The notes below the pieces were generated by a model, which was given only the letters and a program-made list of their open reading frames with translations, was not told the origin of the DNA and did not search any database. A DNA stretch of 64,000 bases from contig OZ251217.1 of NCBI GenBank assembly GCA_965240355.1, forward strand, positions 650,264 through 714,263. The letters are read 5' to 3'. Position numbers and translations under genes: made by a program. Origin of the DNA: an uncultured Francisella sp. GTDB lineage: Bacteria > Pseudomonadota > Gammaproteobacteria > Francisellales > Francisellaceae. This document shows positions 1-10,021 of this stretch, one piece after another (the stretch's first letter is position 1; each line of letters begins with the position of its first letter).

Positions 1-273
1 TGAACCTGGCGATTCCATAGAAAGAGCAAGAACAAGAGGACCAACTAAAGCGTCATCAAGACACTCAAAGTCAGTTCCCTTAATTGCTAAACGTGCTAAG
101 TTGTTGCGAACAACTCTTAAATAAACTCCAGACTTACGCGCCTCAGCTCTTAATGAAGTCATTTCATTAACAGTTAAACCACGGAAATCTGCCACTGCTG
201 CAGACAATGCTGAGGATACCTGTTCAGCAACTTCAGAAACAATCGCCTTTTTGTCCTCTATTCTAAGTGCCAT
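1..273 (-). CDS. rplJ: 50S ribosomal protein L10 (5' part; 3' end lies beyond window start)
   Basis: Not in the ORF track because it runs off the edge. Reverse translation from the ATG at 273-271 reads [70 protein letters not shown]..., an L10 N-terminus. It follows rplK-rplA as in the conserved rplKAJL cluster. Confidence 0.9.
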   Translation of the reverse strand, partial: MALRIEDKKAIVSEVAEQVSSALSAAVADFRGLTVNEMTSLRAEARKSGVYLRVVRNNLARLAIKGTDFECLDDALVGPLVLALSMESPGS

Positions 274-360
274 AATTGACTCCTTATTTATTGTCTACAC
301 ACTTTATTTAATTTATTAACACGATATTTAAAAACCAAACGGTTGTTTCAACATCGTCTG

Positions 361-400
361 CGTAGGATGCATATTAAGTCAGGCAAGCCAAACTCCTACG
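361..400 (-). promoter_or_regulatory. Stem-loop in the rplA-rplJ spacer (candidate L10 leader structure)
   Basis: A 7-bp inverted repeat, cgtagga (361-367) / tcctacg (394-400), lies inside the 168-nt untranslated spacer upstream of rplJ. L10 leaders are autoregulatory in other gammaproteobacteria. A function here is inference only. Confidence 0.3.
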
Positions 401-441
401 GTCTTAGGCGCTGTACTTTCATACAACCCAAGAACACTATA

Positions 442-1137
442 TTATATATTTAAATCTGAAAAGTCAATAATAATTCCTGGACCCATAGTACTAGATACAG
501 AAACTTTCTTAAGATAAACACCTTTAGATACAGCAGGCTTAGCCTTTTTCAAATCAACTAAAAGCTGCTCTAAATTTTGCTTCAAAGCATCTGCTGTAAA
601 GTTAACTTTACCAAGAGTAGTATGAACAATACCAGCCTTATCAACACGATATCTTACTTGACCAGCTTTTGCATCTGTTACAGCTTTAGCTACATTCATA
701 GTCACAGTACCAACCTTAGGGTTAGGCATAAGACCTTTAGGACCTAAAATCTGGCCTAATTGACCAACGATACGCATTGCATCTGGAGATGCTACTACAA
801 CATCAAAATCCATATTACCTTTTTTAATTTCATCAGCTAAATCCTCCATACCCACAACATCTGCACCAGCTTCTTTAGCCGCATCTGCAGCAGGACCTTT
901 TGCAAACACTGCAACAAGTATAGTTTTACCAGTACCATTAGGAAGAACAGACGCACCCCTCACAACTTGGTCAGATTTACGAGGATCAACACCTAAAGAT
1001 ACTGATACATCTACAGCTTCTACAAACTTAACAGCAGAAACTTCTTTTAAGATGTCAAAAGCCTCATTTGCTGAGTATTTTTTTTCTGCATCTACTTTTG
1101 TAGAAATAGCTTGCATTCTTTTTGAAATCTTAGACAT
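442..1137 (-). CDS. rplA: 50S ribosomal protein L1
   Basis: The 231-aa ORF ([11 protein letters not shown]...[12 protein letters not shown]...[15 protein letters not shown]) carries typical L1 motifs and lies in the rplKAJ context. Confidence 0.97.
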   Translation of the reverse strand: MSKISKRMQAISTKVDAEKKYSANEAFDILKEVSAVKFVEAVDVSVSLGVDPRKSDQVVRGASVLPNGTGKTILVAVFAKGPAADAAKEAGADVVGMEDLADEIKKGNMDFDVVVASPDAMRIVGQLGQILGPKGLMPNPKVGTVTMNVAKAVTDAKAGQVRYRVDKAGIVHTTLGKVNFTADALKQNLEQLLVDLKKAKPAVSKGVYLKKVSVSSTMGPGIIIDFSDLNI

Positions 1138-1574
1138 TATTCAACTCCCTCAACTTTGACACCTACACTACGAGCAGAACCTGCAATAATTCTCACAGCA
1201 GCATCCATATCAGCAGCTGTTAAATCAGGATCTTTTACTTTAGCAATTTCTTCTAACTGCTCACGAGTAATAGTACCAATCCAATCTTTTGAAGGATTCG
1301 TTGAACCAGACTGCACATTAATCGCTTTTTTGATTAAGAAAGATGCTGGCGGAGTTTTCATTTCAAACGAGAAACTACGATCACTGTATACAGAAATTTC
1401 TACTGGTACTGGTGCACCTGGCTCCATACCTTGAGTTTTAGCATTAAATTCCTTACAGAATCCCATTATATTTACACCGTGTTGACCCAATGCAGGACCA
1501 ATCGGTGGACTCGGGTTTGCCTTACCCGCGGCAACTTGCAATTTTATAATAGCTTCTACTTTTTTCTTAGCCAT
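1137..1574 (-). CDS. rplK: 50S ribosomal protein L11
   Basis: The ORF reads [48 protein letters not shown] place the start at the MAKKK Met (1574) rather than the track's upstream MEKT Met (1586), by comparison with the usual L11 N-terminus. Confidence 0.95.
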   Translation of the reverse strand: MAKKKVEAIIKLQVAAGKANPSPPIGPALGQHGVNIMGFCKEFNAKTQGMEPGAPVPVEISVYSDRSFSFEMKTPPASFLIKKAINVQSGSTNPSKDWIGTITREQLEEIAKVKDPDLTAADMDAAVRIIAGSARSVGVKVEGVE

Positions 1575-1645
1575 TGTTTTCTCCAATTTTAGGTTAATAG
1601 CGCTTACAAAAAACTGTAAGCTCCCTGCTTCTTAATTTTTAGAAA

Positions 1646-2269
1646 TTAAGAATCTTTTTCAACTTGCGAGAATTCAAGCTCAACAGGTGTAGATCTACCA
1701 AAAATAGATACTGAAACTCTCAATCTTGACTTTTCGTAGTTAACTTCTTCTACCACGCCAGTAAAGTCATTAAACGGCCCATCAAGAACCCTAACAACAT
1801 GACCAACCTGGTAAGATTTTCGCAAGCGTAGCTCAGCAGTCACCTCATTAACTTCCATGTAGCCAAGTATTCTTTCTACTTCTGGCTTACTCAACGGAAT
1901 TGGCTTACCTCTTGAACCGACAACAGTCAAAACCCTAGGTACTGCCTTGATAACATCCCAAGCTTCTGTAGTTAAGTTAGCTTCGATCACAACATAACCA
2001 GGAAAGTATTTTCTTTCACTTTTGCGCTTTTGACCATTTCTCATTTCGACAACATGCTCAGTAGGAACAAGTATTCTACCAAAAATTTTTCCCATCTGCG
2101 CAATCTCAATACTCTCTTCAAGCTGCGTTTTTACTCTTTTCTCATAACCTGAGTGCACCTGAACAATATACCAAAGCATACCAGGCTGAGTCATTGGCAA
2201 CTTCTCAACTTCATTCTGCTCTACTACAGCAGACACATCATTAAGAGCATCTTTTCTTTCTTCAGACAT
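1646..2269 (-). CDS. nusG: Transcription termination/antitermination factor NusG
   Basis: The sequence has NGN and KOW motifs (WYIVQVHSGYEKRV..., GDHVRV-like VGHVVRVLDGPFNDFTGVVEEV) and lies in the secE-nusG-rplK context. An internal Met (MTQPGMLWY) is an alternative start. Confidence 0.95.
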   Translation of the reverse strand: MSEERKDALNDVSAVVEQNEVEKLPMTQPGMLWYIVQVHSGYEKRVKTQLEESIEIAQMGKIFGRILVPTEHVVEMRNGQKRKSERKYFPGYVVIEANLTTEAWDVIKAVPRVLTVVGSRGKPIPLSKPEVERILGYMEVNEVTAELRLRKSYQVGHVVRVLDGPFNDFTGVVEEVNYEKSRLRVSVSIFGRSTPVELEFSQVEKDS

Positions 2270-2286
2270 ATCTTAAAAACCCTTAT

Positions 2287-2715
2287 TTAACCCAAAAAGT
2301 ATTGAATAAAATTCTCAAACACCATACCAAATATCGATATTAATATAGCAAATATAATAACCACAACAATCACCATTACAGTAATAGTTGTGGTCTCTTT
2401 TCTAGTTGGCCACACCACCTTTGCAAGCTCTAGCTTTGAGGCATTAAAGAAAGCCCAAAAACGACGACCATGATTTGTAAAACTTGCCACAACTAAAGCA
2501 AGCAAAACAATTACAACAGCGATAGATGTACTATAGGCACTATAGCCAGAACCCAAAGCATCTGAATACATAGTAATCCCAACACCTACCACAATTATAG
2601 CTGCCGTAGCAAGCCACAACAAAAAATTAGCAGACTTAGTTATAGAAACTAGTTCAGCAGTCTTCGTTGCACCACTAACCCACACTTTATTATTAAAATC
2701 TTGACTCTTTTTCAC
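2287..2715 (-). CDS. secE: Preprotein translocase subunit SecE
   Basis: Multi-TM protein ending in the conserved SecE segment (VVWPTRKETTTITVMVIVVV...). It sits immediately upstream of nusG. Confidence 0.85.
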   Translation of the reverse strand: MKKSQDFNNKVWVSGATKTAELVSITKSANFLLWLATAAIIVVGVGITMYSDALGSGYSAYSTSIAVVIVLLALVVASFTNHGRRFWAFFNASKLELAKVVWPTRKETTTITVMVIVVVIIFAILISIFGMVFENFIQYFLG

Positions 2716-2802
2716 TAAATTAACCCTTTAAAAAATAATTAGATAATTACAGAATTTGAAATGTAGAGTATAAAATACCACACCACCGACAGAATATCAA
2801 GG

Positions 2803-2842
2803 AAATAAAAAAGGCGATGTACAAATAAATGCACATCGCCTT
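2803..2842 (-). terminator. Rho-independent terminator after tRNA-Trp
   Basis: A perfect 10-bp stem, aaggcgatgt (2811-2820) / acatcgcctt (2833-2842), has a 12-nt loop. On the minus strand it is followed by TTTTATTT, directly downstream of the tRNA-tuf-tRNA-Trp unit. Confidence 0.7.
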
Positions 2843-2849
2843 GATTATT

Positions 2850-2925
2850 TGGCAGGCCAGGAGGGACTCGAACCCCCAACTTGCGGTTTTGGAGACCGCT
2901 GCTCTACCAATTGAACTACTGACCT
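2850..2925 (-). tRNA. tRNA-Trp (anticodon CCA)
   Basis: Manual fold. The 5' end reads AGGTCAGTAGTTCAATTGG, the anticodon loop is CTCCAAA, a T-arm GGTTCGAGTCC-type sequence is present and the 3' CCA is encoded. It holds the classic position between tuf and secE. Confidence 0.9.
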
Positions 2926-2946
2926 TTTGTTTTTTTAGACTAGTGC

Positions 2947-4131
2947 TTAAGAAATAATCTTAGCAACAACACCAGCACCAACTGTTCTTCCGCCTTCACG
3001 GATTGCGAAACGAAGACCTTCTTCCATAGCGATAGAGTTGATTAGTGTTACTTCCATTTTGATGTTATCACCAGGCATAACCATTTCAACACCTTCTGGC
3101 AACTCACAAGCACCAGTTACGTCCGTAGTACGGAAGTAGAATTGAGGTCTATAACCTTTAAAGAATGGAGTATGTCTACCACCTTCTTCTTTAGATAACA
3201 CATATACTTCAGCTTCAAACTTAGTATGAGGAGTGATTGAACCTGGCTTACATAATACTTGACCACGCTCAACATCATCTCTCTTAAGACCACGAACTAG
3301 GATACCAACGTTATCACCAGCCTCTCCACGATCAAGAAGCTTACGAAACATTTCAACACCAGTTACTGTAGTTTTTTGAGTTGGACGAATACCAACAACT
3401 TCAACTTCTTCACCAACATTAATAACACCCTTCTCAACACGACCAGTTACAACAGTACCACGACCTGATATAGAGAACACATCTTCAATTGGAAGAATAA
3501 ATGGCTTATCAGTATCACGTTCTGGAGCTGGGAAGTAGTCATCCATCGCTGTTACTAGATCAACAATTTTCTCAACATATTGCTCTTCACCTTCAAGCGC
3601 TTTAAGAGCAGAACCAATAACGATTGGAGTATCGTCACCAGGGAACTCGTATTGATCAAGAAGTTCGCGAACCTCCATTTCAACTAATTCTAAAAGCTCT
3701 TCATCATCAACCATGTCGCACTTGTTTAAGAATACAACGATGTATGGTACACCTACTTGACGAGATAGAAGGATGTGCTCACGAGTTTGTGGCATAGGTC
3801 CATCTGCAGCAGAACATACAAGGATAGCGCCATCCATTTGAGCAGCACCAGTAATCATGTTTTTAACGTAATCAGCATGACCTGGACAGTCAACGTGAGC
3901 GTAGTGTCTTGAAGGAGACTCGTACTCTACGTGAGAAGTATTAATAGTTATACCACGCGCTTTTTCTTCTGGTGCGTTATCTATTTCTGAGAAATCTCTA
4001 GCTTCAGAACCATTCTTCTCAGCCATTACTTTAGTGATAGCAGCTGTAAGTGTAGTTTTACCGTGATCGACGTGACCAATAGTACCAACATTTACGTGCG
4101 GCTTAGAACGTTCGAATTTAGCTTTAGTCAT
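2947..4131 (-). CDS. tuf: Elongation factor Tu
   Basis: 394 aa with [17 protein letters not shown] and NKCD GTPase motifs and a near-universal EF-Tu sequence. Confidence 0.99.
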   Translation of the reverse strand: MTKAKFERSKPHVNVGTIGHVDHGKTTLTAAITKVMAEKNGSEARDFSEIDNAPEEKARGITINTSHVEYESPSRHYAHVDCPGHADYVKNMITGAAQMDGAILVCSAADGPMPQTREHILLSRQVGVPYIVVFLNKCDMVDDEELLELVEMEVRELLDQYEFPGDDTPIVIGSALKALEGEEQYVEKIVDLVTAMDDYFPAPERDTDKPFILPIEDVFSISGRGTVVTGRVEKGVINVGEEVEVVGIRPTQKTTVTGVEMFRKLLDRGEAGDNVGILVRGLKRDDVERGQVLCKPGSITPHTKFEAEVYVLSKEEGGRHTPFFKGYRPQFYFRTTDVTGACELPEGVEMVMPGDNIKMEVTLINSIAMEEGLRFAIREGGRTVGAGVVAKIIS

Positions 4132-4179
4132 TTTTTTTTACTCCATTTTTTTTCAACAAAATCTAAAAAATCTAAAAAG

Positions 4180-4254
<75 letters not shown>

Positions 4255-4301
4255 ACAAGTTTTTAAGTTTTTTTTAATTCATAATAATTTAAAGGTTTAG
4301 T

Positions 4302-4375
4302 TGGAGCGGGTGATGGGAATCGAACCCACACTATCGGCTTGGAAGGCCGAAGTTCTACCATTGAACTACACCCGC
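4302..4375 (-). tRNA. tRNA-Gly (anticodon TCC)
   Basis: Manual fold. The acceptor stem is GCGGGTG/CACCCGC, the anticodon loop contains TTCCAA, the T-arm reads GGTTCGATTCC and CCA is encoded. Confidence 0.88.
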
Positions 4376-4377
4376 TT

Positions 4378-4462
4378 TGGTGGAGGGAGCAGGATTCGAA
4401 CCTGCGAAGGCGGAGCCGTCAGATTTACAGTCTGATCCCTTTGGCCACTCGGGAATCCCTCC
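4378..4462 (-). tRNA. tRNA-Tyr (anticodon GTA), long variable arm
   Basis: Manual fold, 85 nt. The 5' end reads GGAGGGATTCCCGAGTGGCCAAAGGG, the anticodon region AGACTGTAAATCT, the T-arm GGTTCGAATCC, and CCA is encoded. Confidence 0.88.
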
Positions 4463-4479
4463 CCTAAACATTTTATGAT

Positions 4480-4508
4480 ACTATAAAGTTTATCTAAGCA
4501 AAAATCAA
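4480..4508 (-). promoter_or_regulatory. Candidate sigma70 promoter for the tRNA-Tyr/Gly/Thr-tuf-tRNA-Trp unit
   Basis: On the minus strand a TTGATT (4508-4503), a 17-nt spacer and a TATAGT (4485-4480) lie about 18 nt upstream of the tRNA-Tyr 5' end. Motif match only. Confidence 0.45.
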
Positions 4509-4664
4509 GTTTTTTTACGCTTAGTTTGAAATTTATAAATATCAAGCGGGGTTAGTATTAGATACTAAGTTTATAACGGAAAATATACACGGTATAATTA
4601 GCAATGTAAATCATGCAATGCAAAATCTTGATTTTATTGTATACAAAAAAAAGTCATATCTTGA

Positions 4665-6089
4665 CTATTTTAATACTATAGCTGAATATTTAGGTCGTGT
4701 TAAAGCCACATAAAGCATTTGATTTTTTTCTTTATGATTTCTATTTAACAAAATATCTTTTGACAATATAAACACATGGTCATATGTAGAACCCTGGACC
4801 TTATGGCACGTAACGGCGTAACCATAATCCAAATCTTTAGATATATGCTTACCCTTAGGTCGAGGATTTCCTTCACTATAGGTAGTAATATTTAGCATAA
4901 GAAGATTGTCTCGACGGAAGTTATAATATGCACCCCACTGTTTTTTATCTGCTTTTGCAACATCAACTAAAGTGTCGTGCAACACTGCATAATCATGAAG
5001 ATTTTCTTCATCTGCATGATCTATTATAAAGACTTTCTTTTCTTCAAAACCTTTTAAGAACTTAGCTTTTTCTAAAATCTTAACAGTATAGCCATATAAT
5101 CCATGTGAATTTTTTTGACGACGAGATACTGAAGAGACTCTATAATCTCTACAGTTATTAACAAAAAATGGGACTGATCGAGTACCCTTAACAGTCCTAT
5201 AACCAGTAAGAATATCCCCTTTTAAAACAATTTTCTTTGTTTTACCAAAAACTATATCACGAATTATAGAATTTGATTGATTTACAGTTTTGTTTCGCCA
5301 TGCAACTAGTTTGGCATGATTGATATTCTCTTTATAATCTTTAGAAGCAAAAAACTCTACAAGCTTCACCCTAAAATCTTCTTTAGACTCCAACACTATT
5401 ATACCCTCACCCTGAGAATTGACATTGGTAGTAAAATCGAGTTGAAATTCATCATTATCAATATTGTCGCGTAAAGAATTATAACTTGCAATCAAAGGGT
5501 TATGCTCAGCCTGTCTTACCAAAGTTGTTAGCTGGCTATGATAAATAGTATCATAAGAAAAAACCTTGCTTAGCTCTTGTGATATGGGTGGCAACTGAGC
5601 CTTATCTCCCATAAAAATTATCTTGACCTTTACCAGCCTATCAATTTCATTTTGAATAAGTTCAAAAAGAGCATCATTAATCATACTAGCTTCATCAATA
5701 ACAATAAGATTGTAATCTTGGATTGTCGGTGGCTTGATTTGCCCAAATTGAGGCTCATTCGGATTAAAGTCATCTAAACTTACATCTGGTTGCAAGCCTA
5801 AAAGAGAATGTATAGTAACACCATCAAACATTGCAGTCTGTGAAATAACCTGCAAAGCCTTATTTGTAGGTGCTGATACAACTGCCCTCTCACCGTAATT
5901 ATCTAAAATCTTTTTGATAACAGTAGTTTTGCCAGTTCCTGCGTGACCAGTTAGTACAAAAATCTTTGATGGACTCTTTATAAATAGCTTAATACGGGTG
6001 ATAGCCTCAAGTTGTTGAGGGTTTAGATTGATCTTAGTACCATTAGATAGGTATAAAACTTCTGAATTATCAAGGATATTAATCTGCAC
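4665..6089 (-). CDS. SF1 DNA helicase, RecD/Dda-like (AAA_30 + UvrD_C-type C-terminus)
   Basis: Contains Walker [10 protein letters not shown], Walker B/motif II VIDEASM, and a C-terminal [15 protein letters not shown] motif typical of RecD/TraA/Dda-type helicases. Confidence 0.7.
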   Translation of the reverse strand: MQINILDNSEVLYLSNGTKINLNPQQLEAITRIKLFIKSPSKIFVLTGHAGTGKTTVIKKILDNYGERAVVSAPTNKALQVISQTAMFDGVTIHSLLGLQPDVSLDDFNPNEPQFGQIKPPTIQDYNLIVIDEASMINDALFELIQNEIDRLVKVKIIFMGDKAQLPPISQELSKVFSYDTIYHSQLTTLVRQAEHNPLIASYNSLRDNIDNDEFQLDFTTNVNSQGEGIIVLESKEDFRVKLVEFFASKDYKENINHAKLVAWRNKTVNQSNSIIRDIVFGKTKKIVLKGDILTGYRTVKGTRSVPFFVNNCRDYRVSSVSRRQKNSHGLYGYTVKILEKAKFLKGFEEKKVFIIDHADEENLHDYAVLHDTLVDVAKADKKQWGAYYNFRRDNLLMLNITTYSEGNPRPKGKHISKDLDYGYAVTCHKVQGSTYDHVFILSKDILLNRNHKEKNQMLYVALTRPKYSAIVLK

Positions 6090-6588
6090 TTACACTCTCT
6101 TTTTTTGCTGGTAGCTTTGTAATAACTTTAGACAATATAAGGTTATTTGCTAAAACAATTTCTCTACCATCCTGTGAATCAAGACGAGTATATAAAAAGC
6201 CTATTGAACTAACCACGCCAACAATCCCACCTAAATCCACATTTTCACCAACTTCAAACGGCTTGCTAAATGCCAACATTATTCCTGAAGCAATTAATTT
6301 ATAAGAGCTTTTTAGCGATATAGAACCACCAAAGACTATACCTGTAAGCATACCTGTGATCGGAGATATAGGTACACCAAGTCTTGCTAAAGCAACGACT
6401 ATTACAAGCATTAAAAATACAATATTGGCAAAGCTTGCTATAAGTTGTGAAACGGTTTCATCATATTTTTTCAATACACCATAAACCATTGACTTGATAT
6501 ATTTGGATGAAAAAAAACCAGCCAATAAAATTAATGCTGCCACAACTATATTTACAAACATTGAATCACCCATTTCAGTTACTATCAT
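6079..6588 (-). CDS. MscS-family mechanosensitive channel-like protein, short (possibly truncated)
   Basis: Three TM-like segments are followed by an MscS beta-domain start ([39 protein letters not shown]). At 169 aa it is far shorter than typical MscS. It overlaps the helicase start by 11 nt. Confidence 0.5.
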   Translation of the reverse strand: MIVTEMGDSMFVNIVVAALILLAGFFSSKYIKSMVYGVLKKYDETVSQLIASFANIVFLMLVIVVALARLGVPISPITGMLTGIVFGGSISLKSSYKLIASGIMLAFSKPFEVGENVDLGGIVGVVSSIGFLYTRLDSQDGREIVLANNLILSKVITKLPAKKESVSAD

Positions 6589-6724
6589 TTGTCTTCTCCC
6601 TATAAATTCTCTTTGTTTTTGTGAGTATGTATATCGCTACAATAGATACTAAAATCGATATAGCTGCACATACAACCTCTTCAATCAAAACATTATACTA
6701 TTTCACAACAACTAATTCATGAAA

Positions 6725-7794
6725 CTTAGATGCAAGTACCAAGTGCTACAACCTTATTTCTAGATTCTACCTGAAGAGGAGTTTTGAATCCAAGACTTTT
6801 TCTAGGTCTGTTGTTCAATAGGTTTTCAACTCTTCTAGTTTGGTCTTAAGTAATATAATCTAATCTCAGGTTTTTAGAGAAGAATTGTCTAATTAACCCA
6901 TTTGTATTTTCATTGGTGCCACGTTGACAAGAAGAGTATGGATCAGCAAAAAATATATCTATATTTAATACTTCTGATATTAGCATGTGTTTGGAAAACT
7001 CTTTACCATTATCAAAAGTGATTGAGTGAGTATGTGACGCATTAAGTGTTTGTATTCAACTGTTTGCTAAGTTTTCAGCATTCTTACTAGCCAAAGGTTT
7101 AATTTATTTAGTTTAGATACTCTATCAACTAGTGTTAATAAGTCACCCTTGTGATCTTTACCAATAATAGTGTATCCCTCAAAATCTCCAAGTCTACTTA
7201 GTTCATCTATAACAAAGTCTCTCTCATGTATTGAAACTCTATTTTGTATTTGGCCTCCATGCTCTTGACTAGCCTTACCTCTTTTACGATAAGTTTTCTG
7301 ACAACGCAAATAAGTGTGTAAGTCAACGCCTCTTTCTTTATTCCCATAGATATACTTATAGATGCTTTCAGCACTTATGACATCTAACCCACCCATTAGA
7401 TGTTAAACCGCCACTTATTTGCTCTGGATACCAATACTGTTTGATAAGATGCTCTACATAGCTCCAACCAAATTGCCTAATTTGTTTGTTGCCTTTACGT
7501 TTTCTTGAGTTTGCAAGTGATTGTGCTTGTTTAGGTCTATAACCTCGTTTGCCGGTGTTACGGTTTATCTCTTTGTATATGCTACTTTGGTTACAACCAA
7601 CTTCCATGGCTATTTGTGTTTTAGAAACACCTATCATCAATAGTTATCCAATCTGGTATCTTTGTACTTGAGTAAGTTGTGTGTAGGATGGTCCTATGGT
7701 GATTCCTTAAGTAGATTTTTAGCAAGTGTGACAATCTCTAACTTACTTTTTTAGTGAAACAATTATTTTACTGTACTTACAACTTGAATCTAAG
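6725..7794 (-). mobile_element. IS30-family insertion sequence, copy A, transposase degraded
   Basis: About 25-nt imperfect terminal IRs (CTTAGATTCAAGTTGTAAGT... at 7794 and CTTAGATGCAAGTACCAAGTGC... at 6725). ORF fragments 7368-7640 (HTH: GCNQSSIYKEINRNTGKRGYRPKQ) and 7067-7396 (ISAESIYKYIYGNKERG...) match IS30-type transposase. They are separated by a frameshift and followed by stops. Confidence 0.85.
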
Positions 7795-7823
7795 AAATAT
7801 AAAAAACATATTCTCAATCATAA

Positions 7824-8795
7824 TGATCATACCCTCCAATTTGGGACACTTAGGTGTTAAGAAAAGGAGATAAATATGGGTTACCAAAGATATAAAAATA
7901 GATTATAAAACTCAGTATCAGCAATTATCATCTGAAAATACTGATTTGAAGAAAAAACTCAAACAGGCATCCAGAGCGTGAAATACTAAAAAAGTCAGCA
8001 GCGTACTTTGCAAAGCAAACTCTATAAGGTACGCCTTTATTAAAGAGTATTGTAAAGTTATGCCAGTAACAACACTATTGAAATCTTTGAATGTTAGCAC
8101 ATCTTCATATTACAGATGTATACATAAACCTATAGGTAAAAGGCAATCTAATGATGCTGAGCTAGATGATGCTATTACCGCTATATTTAATGAGCATCTA
8201 GATATGGAAGTGTTAGGATATACAAAGAACTTAAAGATATGGGTTGGAAAGTTACTCAACCTAGAGTATTTAAACGCATAAAAATACTAGGTTTACAAGC
8301 TAAGGCTATTCGTAAACATAAAGCAACGACAGACTCTCACCATAACAAACATGTGTCTGATAATTTATTAGAATAAAACTTCACTACTTTATCTGTAAAT
8401 CATAGATGAGTTACAGATATAACTTACATACCTACACAAGAAGGATGGTTATATCTCTGTGTGATTATACACTCTGTCAAAGGATCACAATACTGTAGCA
8501 AACAGTATCAAGATATTATTTAAAGGACACTGGCTACTATCAAGTATGAGCTCTAAAGGATGCTGTTACGATAACGCTGCTTGTGAGAGTTTCTTTGGAA
8601 CTTTAAAAGTAGAGTTAGTACATGATGAAAACTATAAAACTAGAGAAGAAGCTAAGTTATCAATATTTGAATATATTGAAGCTTATTACAATACAAAAAG
8701 AAAACATTCTACAATAAATTATATGACTCCAAATAAGTTTGAATATATAAGGGAAAATGAATGGATAAAATGTCCCAAATTGACGGGGTATATCA
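7824..8795 (+). mobile_element. IS3-family insertion sequence, copy 1 (defective, 143-bp shorter than copy 2)
   Basis: Terminal IRs are TGATCATACCCTCCAATTTGGGACAC (7824-) and the reverse complement of ...AAATGTCCCAAATTGACGGGGTATATCA (-8795). It is flanked by TAA on both sides (7821-7823, 8796-8798). An A AAA AAG slippery heptamer lies at 7988-7994. orfB fragments include a C-terminus MSSKGCCYDNAACESFF...YYNTKRKHSTINYMTPNKFE. Confidence 0.88.
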
Positions 8796-9352
8796 TAAAT
8801 AACGCCATACAAATAGCGAACTCTGATAAACAAATAGCCAACTTATAAAAGAAAGAACTAATTGCAAATAACAATAATAATAATAACGGATAAACCAAAA
8901 TCTGTAATACATCTACAATAAACTCATGCTTGCTTGGCACACACTGTGGATTATAATTTACCGTAGAAAGGTAAATTCATGCAAAAACTATAAAAGTAGA
9001 AAAAAATATAGGACCATTTTTTTGAGAAAACACTTTTTGCAAACTCTACAGATCGACCATGGTTAGAAAATAATAATCCAAAAATGGCAATAATAGCAGC
9101 ACTCGATATAAAACCATCATAAGAGAAAGTGCTTTGCATATATGTGATTGATGAAATAGCCATAGCCAGCTATAGCAGATAGAAAAGCGGCAAATGTAAG
9201 CCATAAAAGAATATCCTAGACTTTTTATTAGTAAAAATATAGTTCAAAACAATACAATAAATCAATAAAGAAAAAGATAACACTAACCTCAAGATATCAT
9301 CCGCCAATATTGGTCCGAAATATGTGTTACACACTAAAAAACTCCTTCTAGC

Positions 9353-10018
9353 CTAAGAAACATAAGCTCCAGTAGCAATAAAACTAACGGTTATAGGGCC
9401 TACAATCGGCACCCAAAATATCCTGTAGTACCGCCCAATAAAATAACTATTACAATCACCACAAAAGCAACAGGCAAGCCACCTAAGGCCTCATATCTAT
9501 AGGGTAAGCAGTTACAACACCTGGGTCTCCAACATGCATAACCACACCGTGCATTGTCAAAATAGCCAATACAAGTACAAATGTACCAAGAATTTCACTA
9601 GCTAGATTTGATGGCAAATGCTTAATAGCTGCAGCTCTACAGAAAGTAGCAAGCTTTAAGTCAGCATCATCAGTAGCACTATAATGCGGGTAATAAACTG
9701 CCCACACTCAAGCTTGACCAATCATAGCACCCAATATTTGGTTAACTATAAACGCGGTGCAACCCAATCCCAAGAAAACTTTCCTGCTAATGCTAATGCA
9801 ATAGTCACCTCTGGATTGAGGTGAGCACCAATAATAGGACCTGCAACAAGCACTCCTAAAAACACTGCCGAACACCATGCAAATGTAATAACTATACAAC
9901 CACCATTGTATGATTTAGTTTTGTTTAGTACAGCTCCTGCTACTACTCCATTACAGAGTAATATCAAAATCATTGTAGCTATTAGTTCGGCTATGCAAGC
10001 TGCTAGCATTAGTTCCAC
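9353..10018 (-). pseudogene. glpF: Glycerol uptake facilitator (aquaporin family) pseudogene
   Basis: Fragments in three frames: 9746-10018 (GAHLNPEVTIAL, first NPA reads NPE), 9708-9899 and 9483-9707. The tail reads ...LLGGTTGY / WVPIVGPITVSFIATGAYVS*, and the segment that should hold the second NPA is missing. It lies directly downstream of glpK-glpD. Confidence 0.8.
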
Positions 10019-10021
10019 CTC

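Noticed and set aside
1156-1434. Plus-strand 92-aa ORF inside rplK. The same kind of ORF occurs at 12813-12998, 15487-15771, 18472-18657, 19482-19781, 19523-19771, 21284-21514, 21404-21616, 34369-34602, 40062-40295, 43787-44008, 44414-44654, 45108-45293, 47030-47233, 53486-53710, 60009-60206 and 60288-60482.
   Set aside because: All lie antisense to, or out of frame within, strongly supported conserved genes. They have low-complexity or hydrophobic shadow-like composition and no recognisable motifs. They are typical AT-rich shadow ORFs.
1575-1586. Upstream Met (MEKT-) as the start of rplK. There are similar upstream Mets for rpsA (51269), glpK (13171), ddl (50680), lysS (40285) and the lipoprotein at 22811.
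   Set aside because: Comparison with the highly conserved N-termini of these families, or the position of the signal peptide, favours the downstream Mets. The upstream extensions are short and non-conserved in appearance.
7918-8100. Identical 60-aa ORFs at 7918-8100 (-) and 17323-17505 (+) that might look like a conserved small gene.
   Set aside because: They are the antisense frame of the IS3-family orfA/orfB junction. Their identity merely reflects the repeated IS.
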